In this document: positions 44,226 to 52,765 of the stretch, piece after piece | Numbering within the stretch: the first letter of the stretch is position 1 | Layout: each line of letters opens with the position of its first letter | Origin: Thermaceae bacterium | Lineage (GTDB): Bacteria > Deinococcota > Deinococci > Deinococcales > Marinithermaceae | DNA: 64,000 nt | Reading direction: 5' to 3' | Assembly (NCBI GenBank): GCA_026984675.1 | Contig: JALSRQ010000015.1 | Coordinates: 9,470 to 73,469, forward strand | Position numbers and translations under genes: made by a program | The notes under the pieces: generated by a model | Database searches by the model: none | What the model saw: the letters and a program-made list of their open reading frames with translations, nothing else | Told to the model about the DNA's origin: nothing

Positions 44226-44237
44226 TCCTCTCCTCCC

Positions 44238-45740
44238 ATGCCGCTGCTCGAAACCCTAGGCCTCACCAAAACCTTCCCCGGGGTGGTGGCGCTCGACCAG
44301 GTCTCGCTGAGCGTCCACCCCGGGGAAGTGCTGGGTCTGGTCGGCGAGAACGGGGCCGGAAAGTCGACCCTGATCAAGATCCTCGGCGGGGTCTACCCCC
44401 CCACCGCGGGGGAGATCCGCCTGGAGGGCGAGCGGGTCGCGTTCCAGGCCCCCAAGGAGGCACTGGACGCGGGCATCGCGGTGGTCTACCAGGAGCTCAG
44501 CCTGATCCCCCACTTGAGCGTGGCCGAGAACGTCTTCATCAACCGCCTGCCCCGCCGCGGCGCCCTGGTGGACTGGCGTCGCCTGCACCGAATGACCGGC
44601 GAGGTGCTGCGGGAGATCGGCCTGGAGGAAGTGGACCCCCGCACCCGGGTGAGCGAGCTGCCCATCGGCGTGCGCCAGTCGGTGGAGATCGCCCGGGCGC
44701 TCTCCTACCGGGCCCGGGTCCTCCTCCTCGACGAACCCACCTCCTCGCTCACCGAGCCCGAGATCGAGAACCTCTTCGCGGTCATCCGCCGGCTCAAGGA
44801 GCAGGGAATCGGGGTGATCTACGTCTCCCACCACCTCGAGGAGATCTTCGCGATCACCGATCGGGTCCACGTCCTCCGCGACGGCCGGACGGTGGCGGTC
44901 ATGCCCACCGCCGAGACCAACGAGGCCGCCGTCGTGGCCCGGATGGTGGGCCGGGACCTGGACCGGCTCTACGCCAGGAAAACCGCCGAGGCCGGCGAGG
45001 TGGCGCTGGAGACCCGCGGTCTCGGCGACGCCTTCTTAAAGGACGTCTCGGTGCGCTTCCGCCGGGGGGAAGTGGTGGGCATTTACGGCCTCCTGGGCTC
45101 CGGACGGACCGAACTCCTTAAGGCGATCATCGGCGCCCGGCCACCGGCGACCGGCGAGGTCCGGCTGTTCGGCCGTCGCGTCCGGTTCCGCCACCCCCGG
45201 GACGCGGCCCGGGCCGGGGTGGTCTACTCCTCCGAGGACCGCAAGGGGGAAAACCTCTTCTTCGGGGTGCCGGTTTGGAAGAACGCCACCTACCAAGCCA
45301 TCCAGGTGGGGCGTTTCGTCCGCCACGGGATCCCCCAGGTACCCCTGGAGCGGCGGGCGGCGGCCCGCTACGCCGACCGGCTCAACCTCAAGGCCCCCTC
45401 GCTGGACGCCGACGTCTACTACCTTTCCGGAGGCAACCAGCAAAAGGTCTGCCTGGCCAAGGCCCTGCTCACCGAGCCCGAGGTCGTTTTGCTCGACGAA
45501 CCCACCCGGGGTATCGACGTGGGGGCCAAACTGGAGATCTACCAGCTCATGGCCGAGCTGGCGGCCCAAGGCAAGGCGGTGGTCTTCGTAAGCTCCGAGC
45601 TGCCCGAACTCGTCGGCAACGCCCACCGGGTCTACACCATGGCCCGGGGCCGGATCACCGCCGAGCTGGTGGGCGACGCCATCACCGAGGAAAACGTGCT
45701 CAAGTACTGCCTCGAGGTGGAGGAGGCCGAAACGCCATGA
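44238..45740 (+). CDS. Sugar ABC transporter ATP-binding protein (duplicated ATPase, RbsA-like)
   Basis: Two ABC cassettes: GENGAGKST / LLLDEPT and LSGGNQQK / VLLDEPTRGID. Confidence 0.92.
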   Translation: MPLLETLGLTKTFPGVVALDQVSLSVHPGEVLGLVGENGAGKSTLIKILGGVYPPTAGEIRLEGERVAFQAPKEALDAGIAVVYQELSLIPHLSVAENVFINRLPRRGALVDWRRLHRMTGEVLREIGLEEVDPRTRVSELPIGVRQSVEIARALSYRARVLLLDEPTSSLTEPEIENLFAVIRRLKEQGIGVIYVSHHLEEIFAITDRVHVLRDGRTVAVMPTAETNEAAVVARMVGRDLDRLYARKTAEAGEVALETRGLGDAFLKDVSVRFRRGEVVGIYGLLGSGRTELLKAIIGARPPATGEVRLFGRRVRFRHPRDAARAGVVYSSEDRKGENLFFGVPVWKNATYQAIQVGRFVRHGIPQVPLERRAAARYADRLNLKAPSLDADVYYLSGGNQQKVCLAKALLTEPEVVLLDEPTRGIDVGAKLEIYQLMAELAAQGKAVVFVSSELPELVGNAHRVYTMARGRITAELVGDAITEENVLKYCLEVEEAETP

Positions 45741-46684
45741 CCCGTCTCCGTTCGTTGCTGCAAAGCAGCGAGTTCGTGGTCTTCCTGGGCTTGCTGGCGG
45801 TGGCCGCGTTCTTCGCCGCCAACACCCCGGTCTTCCTGACCCGCTTTAACCTGCTGAACGTCCTCTTGCAGTCCTCGATCCAGGGGATCGTCGCCATCGG
45901 GATGACCTTCGTCATCCTCACCGCCGGGATCGATCTCTCGGTGGGTTCGGTGGTGGCCCTGGCGGGCGTGATCATGGCCCTTCTGCTCCACGCCGGGGTG
46001 CCGGTCTGGGCGGTCCTCGTCCTTAACCTGGCCTTCGGCGCCGCGGTGGGAGCCTTTCACGCCTTTTCCATCACCCGCATCGGCATGGCCCCCTTCATCG
46101 TCACCCTGGCCACCATGGCGATGGCCCGGGGCCTCACCATGGTCCTTTCCGACGGCAAGACGATCTTCAACTTCCCGCCCTCCTTCGAGTTCTTCGGAGC
46201 CGGGCAGATCGGGCCGATCTCGGTGGCGGTCATCCTTTTCCTGGCCTACGCCCTGCTCGCCGAGCTCCTGCTCCGCGGCACCGTGCTCGGGCGCAACATC
46301 TACGCGGTGGGGTCCAACCCCAAGGCGGCCGCCCTCTCAGGGATCTACACCAACCGGGTCCTTTACTTCGTCTACATCGTCTCGGGGGTGTCCTGCGCCC
46401 TGGCCGGGCTGGTCCTCACCGGCCGGCTCGATTCCGCCATGCCCACCGCCGCCATGGGCTACGAGCTCGACGCGATCGCCGCCGTGATCATCGGCGGCGC
46501 CTCGTTGATGGGCGGGAAGGGCACCATTCTAGGGACCATCATCGGCGTCCTCCTCATCGGGGTCATCAACAACGGCATGAACCTGATGAACGTGCCCCCC
46601 TTCTGGCAGAGCTTTCTGAAGGGGGCGGTGATCTTCCTGGCGGTGATGATCGACAGCCTGAAGAACCGCCAGCGCGAGGGATAG
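45737..46684 (+). CDS. Sugar ABC transporter permease (RbsC-like)
   Basis: ATGA overlap with the ATPase gene. About 10 TM segments and the GIDLSVGS motif. Confidence 0.9.
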   Translation: MTRLRSLLQSSEFVVFLGLLAVAAFFAANTPVFLTRFNLLNVLLQSSIQGIVAIGMTFVILTAGIDLSVGSVVALAGVIMALLLHAGVPVWAVLVLNLAFGAAVGAFHAFSITRIGMAPFIVTLATMAMARGLTMVLSDGKTIFNFPPSFEFFGAGQIGPISVAVILFLAYALLAELLLRGTVLGRNIYAVGSNPKAAALSGIYTNRVLYFVYIVSGVSCALAGLVLTGRLDSAMPTAAMGYELDAIAAVIIGGASLMGGKGTILGTIIGVLLIGVINNGMNLMNVPPFWQSFLKGAVIFLAVMIDSLKNRQREG

Positions 46685-46694
46685 GGGGTCGACC

Positions 46695-47114
46695 GTGCTC
46701 AAAGGAATACCCAAGGAGATCGGACCGGAGCTGCTTCGCCGCTTGGCCGAGATGGGCCACGGCGACGAACTGGCCATCGTGGACGCCAACTACCCCGCCT
46801 ACGCCGCCGGCCCCCCGGTGGTCTTCGCCGGCGGGGTGGGGGCGCCGGAGATGCTCGCGGCGGTGCTCAAGCTCCTCCCCCTCGACACCTTCACCGAGGC
46901 CAACGCCTTTCCCATGATGGGCGACGACGGGCCGCCGGCGATCCTGACCGAGTTCGAACGGGTTCTCACCGGGTCGGGCGAGGAGGCCCGAATCCAGGCG
47001 ATCGACCGCTTCGCCTTCTACCAGCGTGCCCAGAAGGCCCGGGTCATCGTCGCCACCGGGGAAGGACGCGCCTACGGCTGCATCCTGATCCGAAAGGGCG
47101 TGATCTTCTTCTAG
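46695..47114 (+). CDS. RbsD/FucU family sugar mutarotase
   Basis: GHGDELAIVDANYP signature; 139 aa. Confidence 0.85.
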   Translation: MLKGIPKEIGPELLRRLAEMGHGDELAIVDANYPAYAAGPPVVFAGGVGAPEMLAAVLKLLPLDTFTEANAFPMMGDDGPPAILTEFERVLTGSGEEARIQAIDRFAFYQRAQKARVIVATGEGRAYGCILIRKGVIFF

Positions 47115-47653
47115 TAGAACCCCGCCCGGTCGCCGGGGCCGGCCGAGGGGAGCTCGACGACCCCCTCGATCCCGCCCAGGTGGACGGTGAGGAAGTCGAA
47201 GGTCTCCCGCGGCGGCCGCCCCTCGGAAAACCCCTCCAGGGGGTAGAGGCCGGCCCGGTGGAGGGTCACGAAGGCCCCCGAGCGGGAGAGGAAGGCCGCC
47301 GGGTCGAGGTGCCTCAGGGTCTCGACCTCGCCCACCAGCAGGTGGTCGGCGAAGAACAGCGCCAGCCGCCGGCGGGCCACCACCCGGGGGCTGGCCCGGA
47401 GCCCCGCCGGGGGGCCGCCGGCGATCCAGAGCACCTGGGCCTTGGCCAGAGCCAGGAAGCCGGCCTCGAAGAGCGGGGCGCCCTCGGCCCGCTCGAACCC
47501 GGCGGGGTAGAGGCGGGCCTCCTCCAGCGGCAAGAACCGCCGCTCCCCGAGGTTCAGGTAGTCGGCGGTCGCCACCCCGGGGGGGAGCCGGAGCTTCCCC
47601 CACGCTTGGTGCACGCGGGTGTGCACCCGGGCGTCATAGACGTTCCAGGGCAT
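47111..47653 (-). CDS. Hypothetical protein (180 aa), overlaps the recJ 3' end by 20 nt
   Basis: Uninterrupted ORF co-oriented with recJ. No motif recognised. Confidence 0.45.
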   Translation of the reverse strand: MPWNVYDARVHTRVHQAWGKLRLPPGVATADYLNLGERRFLPLEEARLYPAGFERAEGAPLFEAGFLALAKAQVLWIAGGPPAGLRASPRVVARRRLALFFADHLLVGEVETLRHLDPAAFLSRSGAFVTLHRAGLYPLEGFSEGRPPRETFDFLTVHLGGIEGVVELPSAGPGDRAGFY

Positions 47654-49721
47654 ACCGGTAGCCTACCAAGGCCTCGGAGAGGAGGGCGTCGTCGCCGACC
47701 CGGTAGGCCCAGGCGAGCCGTCGGGCGTAGGCGGTGCAAAGGGCCAGGCGGCGGTAGGTGGGGCTTCGGTAGGGGTCCTCGCCGTCGGCCTCGGCCAGGA
47801 CCCGGTCGTAAGGCGGGGCCACCGGCCGTCCCTCGGCCCGGGCCCGCCGGGCCTCCTCGAACCCCCGCCGGCTCACCCGGGCGCGGGCCAGCCGCCGGAG
47901 CGCCCCCTCGCCGAGGGCGAGGACCACCGGCCTCAAGGCGAAGGGGGCCTCGGGGACCGCGAACCAAAACGCCGCCCGGTCGGGCTCGACCACCGGCACC
48001 CCCCGTTGGGCCAGCCAGGCCGCCCCCTCGCCGGTGGCGTAGCCGGGCCGTCGGGCGGCCACCGCCTCCTTGAGGGCATCCTCAAGCCGGCGGCGGACCA
48101 CCCCGATCTTTCCTTCCCCTGTCCCGACCACCCCCCTCGGGGGACGGTAGGTCGCGGCCCGGAGCTCGAGGCTCCGCTCGCCGTTCCATTCGTTCACCGC
48201 CACCCCGGCGGCGACCTCGACCTCACCCGACAGGCCCTCCCCGGCATCGCGCCAGCGCACCACCCGGACCCCGTTCAAAAAGAAGCTCACATGCCGGCCC
48301 TCGGCCAGGGGGCGAACCCGCTCGGGGACCCCCTTCAGGTAGAAGAGGGGCTCGGGGTTCCCCTCCCCGATCGGCTCCAGTTCCAACAGCGCCGGCCAGA
48401 TCTCGGCCAGCTCGTCGCGGAAAAGGGGGCCGTCGAGCCAGACCTCGGGGGGCGGCGGGGGGTGGGCCCGCACGTAGGCGTGGATCGCCTCCCGGAAGGC
48501 AGGGATCTTTTCCTCCAGGATGGAAAACCCCGCGGCCTGGGCGTGCCCGCCAAAACCGAGCAGGTGTGCGGAAGCCGCCCGCAGCGCCCCCACCGCGCTC
48601 ACCCCCGCCGGGCTCCGCACCGAGCCCTTGCCTTTCGCGATGATGAAGACCGGCTTCCCGGTCTTTTCCAGGATCCGGCTCGCGACGATCCCCATCACCC
48701 CCGGGTGGCCCTCGGGGTCGTGGATCACGTGGGCGGGCTCGGCGGGGTCGAGGGCCGGCAACACCCTCTGGAGCATGGCCTCCTCGATCCGCTGGCGCTC
48801 GGCGTTCAGGCGGTCGAGCCGATCGGCGAGCAGGGAAACTTGGCGAGGATCCTCGGTGAGCAAGAGCTCCAGGGCGGTGCCGGGCTCCCCCAGCCGGCCG
48901 GCGGCGTTGATCCGGGGGGCGATGCGAAAGGCGACCTCGAGGGCGGTCCCCCGCCGGAGGTGGCGCTCGGCCAGGTAGCGAAGCCCAGGGTGGACTGAGG
49001 AGCGGATCCGGGCCAGCCCCTCCCTCACCAGCGCCCGGTTGATCCCGAGCAACGGGGCCACGTCGGCGATCGTCCCCACCGCCGCCAGGTCGGCGTAATC
49101 GAGGGGGGGCGGCCGCCCCAACCTCCGGTAGACCGCCCAGAGCAGGAAGAACGCGACCCCCGCCCCGGTGGGCTTGGGGCGGCCCTTAAGACCGGGATCG
49201 AAGGCGGGGTGAACCACCGTCCCCGGGGGCGGCTCGGGACCGGGGGCGTGGTGATCGGTGACCACCACCCGGACCCCGTCCTCGACCAGGCTCTTGAGCT
49301 CGGCGTGGTTGGCGACGCCGCAATCCACGGTGACGAAGACGTCGGCGGCGGCGGCGTGCTCGGCGACCCGCCCGGGGCTCACGCCGTAGCCCTCGTCGCG
49401 GGTGGGGAGGAAGGGGTGGACGTCGGCCCCCACCGCGGCCAGCCCCTTGACCAGGAGGGCGGTGCCGGTGATCCCGTCGGCGTCGTAGTCGCCGTGGACC
49501 CGGATTCTCTGCCCGGCCTCGATCGCCCGCACCAGGGCTTCGGCGGCCTCCTCCATCGCCGGCGGTTGCCAGGGGACCAGGGGCGGGGCGAGGTCCTCGT
49601 GCGTGCGAAAGCCCCGGGAATAGAGGGCCGCGGCCACCAAGGGCGGCACCGAGAGGGCCTCGACCAGGGGCGAAAGCGCCGCCGGCTCGGGCCAGGGGCG
49701 GGCGCGCCAGCGGGCCTCCAT
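47634..49721 (-). CDS. recJ: Single-stranded-DNA-specific exonuclease RecJ
   Basis: DHH motifs (VHGDYDADGITG, VTVDCG, VTDHH), DHHA1 (GGHAQAAG) and a C-terminal OB-like region. Confidence 0.92.
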   Translation of the reverse strand: MEARWRARPWPEPAALSPLVEALSVPPLVAAALYSRGFRTHEDLAPPLVPWQPPAMEEAAEALVRAIEAGQRIRVHGDYDADGITGTALLVKGLAAVGADVHPFLPTRDEGYGVSPGRVAEHAAAADVFVTVDCGVANHAELKSLVEDGVRVVVTDHHAPGPEPPPGTVVHPAFDPGLKGRPKPTGAGVAFFLLWAVYRRLGRPPPLDYADLAAVGTIADVAPLLGINRALVREGLARIRSSVHPGLRYLAERHLRRGTALEVAFRIAPRINAAGRLGEPGTALELLLTEDPRQVSLLADRLDRLNAERQRIEEAMLQRVLPALDPAEPAHVIHDPEGHPGVMGIVASRILEKTGKPVFIIAKGKGSVRSPAGVSAVGALRAASAHLLGFGGHAQAAGFSILEEKIPAFREAIHAYVRAHPPPPPEVWLDGPLFRDELAEIWPALLELEPIGEGNPEPLFYLKGVPERVRPLAEGRHVSFFLNGVRVVRWRDAGEGLSGEVEVAAGVAVNEWNGERSLELRAATYRPPRGVVGTGEGKIGVVRRRLEDALKEAVAARRPGYATGEGAAWLAQRGVPVVEPDRAAFWFAVPEAPFALRPVVLALGEGALRRLARARVSRRGFEEARRARAEGRPVAPPYDRVLAEADGEDPYRSPTYRRLALCTAYARRLAWAYRVGDDALLSEALVGYRYALERL

Positions 49722-49724
49722 CGG

Positions 49725-50060
49725 TTACTCGGACTCGGGCTCGGGCTCGGGTTCCCGGTCGGGGATGCGGGGGAGCTCCTCGGGGTAGCGGCGGCGGTAG
49801 TCCTCCAGCGCCTCCTTGGTGGCCTTGAGCTCGGCCAGGATCCGACGCCGCTCGGCCCGGGCCCTGAGGTGCAGGGCCGGCAACCAGAGGAAGATCGCCA
49901 GCGCCCCCCAGGCGAAGCCGGCGGCGAGCCAGGCCCAAAGCGGGTAGGGACCCAGGCCGAAGAGGCCGAAACGGGCCTCGGGGTAGAGCCAGTAAAAGGC
50001 CAGCTCCACCGCCAGAAAACCGGCCAGCAGCAGGGTAAAGAGCCAGGCCAACGCGCGCAT
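49725..50060 (-). CDS. Small two-TM membrane protein (LapA/DUF1049-like) with acidic EP-repeat tail
   Basis: Two hydrophobic helices, a basic coiled segment, and C-terminal DREPEPEPESE. Lies 4 nt upstream of recJ. Confidence 0.55.
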   Translation of the reverse strand: MRALAWLFTLLLAGFLAVELAFYWLYPEARFGLFGLGPYPLWAWLAAGFAWGALAIFLWLPALHLRARAERRRILAELKATKEALEDYRRRYPEELPRIPDREPEPEPESE

Positions 50061-50107
50061 CGAGGCCAAGTATACGCCCCGGGGACGGGCCCCGGGGCGG
50101 TCACGGG

Positions 50108-52339
50108 CTAGGCGCGGGCCTTCCGCTTCCTGGCCAGGTTGGCCTGGCGGCGCTCCTTCCACCAGGTCACCAGCGAGCCCACCACGTAGATCGAGGAGTA
50201 GGTCCCCACCACGATCCCCACCACCAGCGCGATCGAGAAGTCGCGGAGCACCGCCCCGCCCAGGAAGAGCAGCGAGAGCAGCGGCAGCAGGGTGGTGAAC
50301 GAGGTCATTACCGTGCGCGAGAGGGTTTGGTTGATCGAGAGGTCGACCATCTCGCGGTAGGGGATCCCCCGCACCGTCTTCTGGTTCTCCCGGATGCGGT
50401 CGGAGATGATGATCGAGTCGTTGATCGAGTAGCCGATGATGGTGAGCAGGGCGGCGACGATGGGGATGGTGAACTCGAGGTTCAAGAGGCTGAACACCCC
50501 GGCGGTGATCGCCACGTCGTGAGCGACCGCGATCACGCTGGCCACCCCGAAGACCCAGTCGAACCGGAAGGCCATGTAGACCAGGATCAGGAATAGGCCC
50601 ACCAGCACCGCCAGGATGGTGTTCTTCCTGAGCTCGGCGCCGATCGCCGGCCCCACCGTGTCGGAGCGGAGGACGGTGGCCTTGAGCTTGGCCTTGAGGT
50701 GGTCGGCCAGCCGGATCCGGGCGTCCTGCGACAAAAACGGCACCTTGACGGTGAACTCCTTGTGGTCGGCGGCGAGCCCCTGGACCTCGGTGATCACCGC
50801 CTTCTTGCCGCTGACCCCGGGCAGGCCGGCGTCGTCCAGGGCGGCGCGCACCTCGGCCACGGTGACGGAGAGCGGGGTGCGGATCAAAAACGAGGTGCCG
50901 CCGGTGAAGTCGATGCCGTAGTTGAACCCCTTGGTGAAGACCACGATCGCCATCGCGAGCGCCAGCAGGAGGGTGATCGGGGTGACCCAGCGCCCCTCCT
51001 TGAGGAAGGGGATCCGGGTGCCCCACACGAAGTAGGGCGGGGTCACCTCGCGCCGCTCGGCGATCCGTTCCAGCATCCAGCGGCCGAAGAGCAGGTTGGA
51101 GAAGACCGCGGCCACGATGCCGATCGCCAGCATCACCGCGAACCCCCGCACCGGCCCGGTGGCGTAGTTGTAGAGGGCGGCGGCCGCCAGCAGGGTCGAG
51201 ATGTTGGCGTCGAGGATGGTGACGGTGGAGTGGCGGAAGCCGTCGGCGATGGCCTGGCGGAGCTTCTTTCCGAGCTTGAGCTCCTCCTTCACCCGCTCGA
51301 ACGAGAGCACGTTGCCGTCGACGGCGGCGCCCAGGGTGAGGATGAAGCCGGCGATCCCGGGGAGGGTGAGGGTGGCGCCCAGCCCGGCCAGGGTGCCGAG
51401 GATGAGGATCGCGATGTACACCAGGCCGACCGCCGCCACCGTGCCGAACCACAGGCCGTAGTAGAGGTAGAGGGCGACGAAGATCAAAACGGCCCCGATC
51501 AGCGAGGCGAGGATGCCGGCCTGGATCGCGTCCTTGCCCAGGGTGGGCCCGATCGCCCGCACCTCCTCGACCTCGACCCCCACCGGCAGCGAGCCCGACC
51601 GCAGCACCAGGGCGATCTCGGTGGCCTCCTCCACCGAGGCCAGCCCCTCGATCACCGCCTGCCCGCCGGTGATCGCGCTCCGGATCACCGGGGCCGAGTA
51701 GACCCGGTTGTCGAGCACGATCGCCAGGCGCTTGCCGATGTTCCGGCGGGTGATCTCGGCGAACTTCTTGGCCCCCTCGGGGGTGAACTCCATCGCCACC
51801 TGGGGCCGGCCGAATTGGTCGAAGACCACCCGGGCGGTCTTGAGCTCGGCGCCGGTGAGGAGCACCGGCCCCAGGTCGGAGGGCTTCATCAGCTCCTTTT
51901 CCAGCTCCTCGCGCTTTAGGCGGGGGTTTTCCCTGAGCCGTTGGTTGATCTCCGAGACCGTGAGGCCGGTGGCCCCCTCCTTGACGATGCGGAACTCCAG
52001 GACCGCCCGCTGGCCGATCAGCTTCAGCGCGCGCTCCTGGTCCTTGGGGGTGAGGCCGGGGAGCTCGATGACGATCCGGTTCTTGCCGGAGATCTGGATC
52101 AGGGGCTCGGCCACCCCCAACCCGTTGATGCGGTTTTCCAGTACCGTGCGTACCTGTTCCAGTTCCTCCTTGGTGGGGTTGTCCACGGTGGTGCGGAGGA
52201 CGATCCGGAGCCCGCCCTGGAGGTCGAGCCCGAGCTTGAAGCGGGGCTCGGTGGGCGGGGCCCAGGGCTTCCAAACCGCCGCCACCGCCGCCAGGAAAAC
52301 GACCAGCAGGAGGATACCCGTCCAGCTTTTTACCTTCAC
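50108..52339 (-). CDS. secDF: Fused protein-export membrane protein SecDF
   Basis: 743 aa with 12 TM segments and a large periplasmic P1 domain, both SecD and SecF halves. SD AGGAGG before the GTG start. Confidence 0.93.
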   Translation of the reverse strand: MKVKSWTGILLLVVFLAAVAAVWKPWAPPTEPRFKLGLDLQGGLRIVLRTTVDNPTKEELEQVRTVLENRINGLGVAEPLIQISGKNRIVIELPGLTPKDQERALKLIGQRAVLEFRIVKEGATGLTVSEINQRLRENPRLKREELEKELMKPSDLGPVLLTGAELKTARVVFDQFGRPQVAMEFTPEGAKKFAEITRRNIGKRLAIVLDNRVYSAPVIRSAITGGQAVIEGLASVEEATEIALVLRSGSLPVGVEVEEVRAIGPTLGKDAIQAGILASLIGAVLIFVALYLYYGLWFGTVAAVGLVYIAILILGTLAGLGATLTLPGIAGFILTLGAAVDGNVLSFERVKEELKLGKKLRQAIADGFRHSTVTILDANISTLLAAAALYNYATGPVRGFAVMLAIGIVAAVFSNLLFGRWMLERIAERREVTPPYFVWGTRIPFLKEGRWVTPITLLLALAMAIVVFTKGFNYGIDFTGGTSFLIRTPLSVTVAEVRAALDDAGLPGVSGKKAVITEVQGLAADHKEFTVKVPFLSQDARIRLADHLKAKLKATVLRSDTVGPAIGAELRKNTILAVLVGLFLILVYMAFRFDWVFGVASVIAVAHDVAITAGVFSLLNLEFTIPIVAALLTIIGYSINDSIIISDRIRENQKTVRGIPYREMVDLSINQTLSRTVMTSFTTLLPLLSLLFLGGAVLRDFSIALVVGIVVGTYSSIYVVGSLVTWWKERRQANLARKRKARA

Positions 52340-52411
52340 CTTCGCCTCCTAATCGGGAGCGATGCAACCGGTAGGCCTGAACTTATCGCCAGAGGAAACG
52401 CGGGAGGCGGG

Positions 52412-52705
52412 CTAGCCGCCCTCGAGGCTCAGCCGGGCGTAGAGCAGGTAGAGCCGGCGGCGCACCGGCGGCCAGGGCGGACGGGCCGCCGGCCCCCGGC
52501 GCCCAAGGCGCCGCCCCCGCCGCCGAACGGCGAGGAGGGACCCGGCGAGGAAGAAGCCGGCCGGGGCCACCCCGCCCTTCGCCACCAGGGCCGGGCCGCC
52601 CTGGGCGAGCCCCAGGTCGGCCCCCTTGGGGGGCGCCCCCACCGGCAGGCCGAGGGCCGCCAGCAGGAGGGCGACGGCGAGGAGGGCGCGGGCGGCGGGC
52701 TGCAT
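52412..52705 (-). CDS. Small hypothetical secreted/membrane protein
   Basis: N-terminal signal-like segment. Internal hydrophobic stretch followed by RRRGRR. High GC3 in frame. No family recognised. Confidence 0.35.
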   Translation of the reverse strand: MQPAARALLAVALLLAALGLPVGAPPKGADLGLAQGGPALVAKGGVAPAGFFLAGSLLAVRRRGRRLGRRGPAARPPWPPVRRRLYLLYARLSLEGG

Positions 52706-52765
52706 ACCGGGGCCATCATAACGAAGGCCGGGGCCCCCGGGGGCCCCGGCCGGGAGGGCGGCCGG

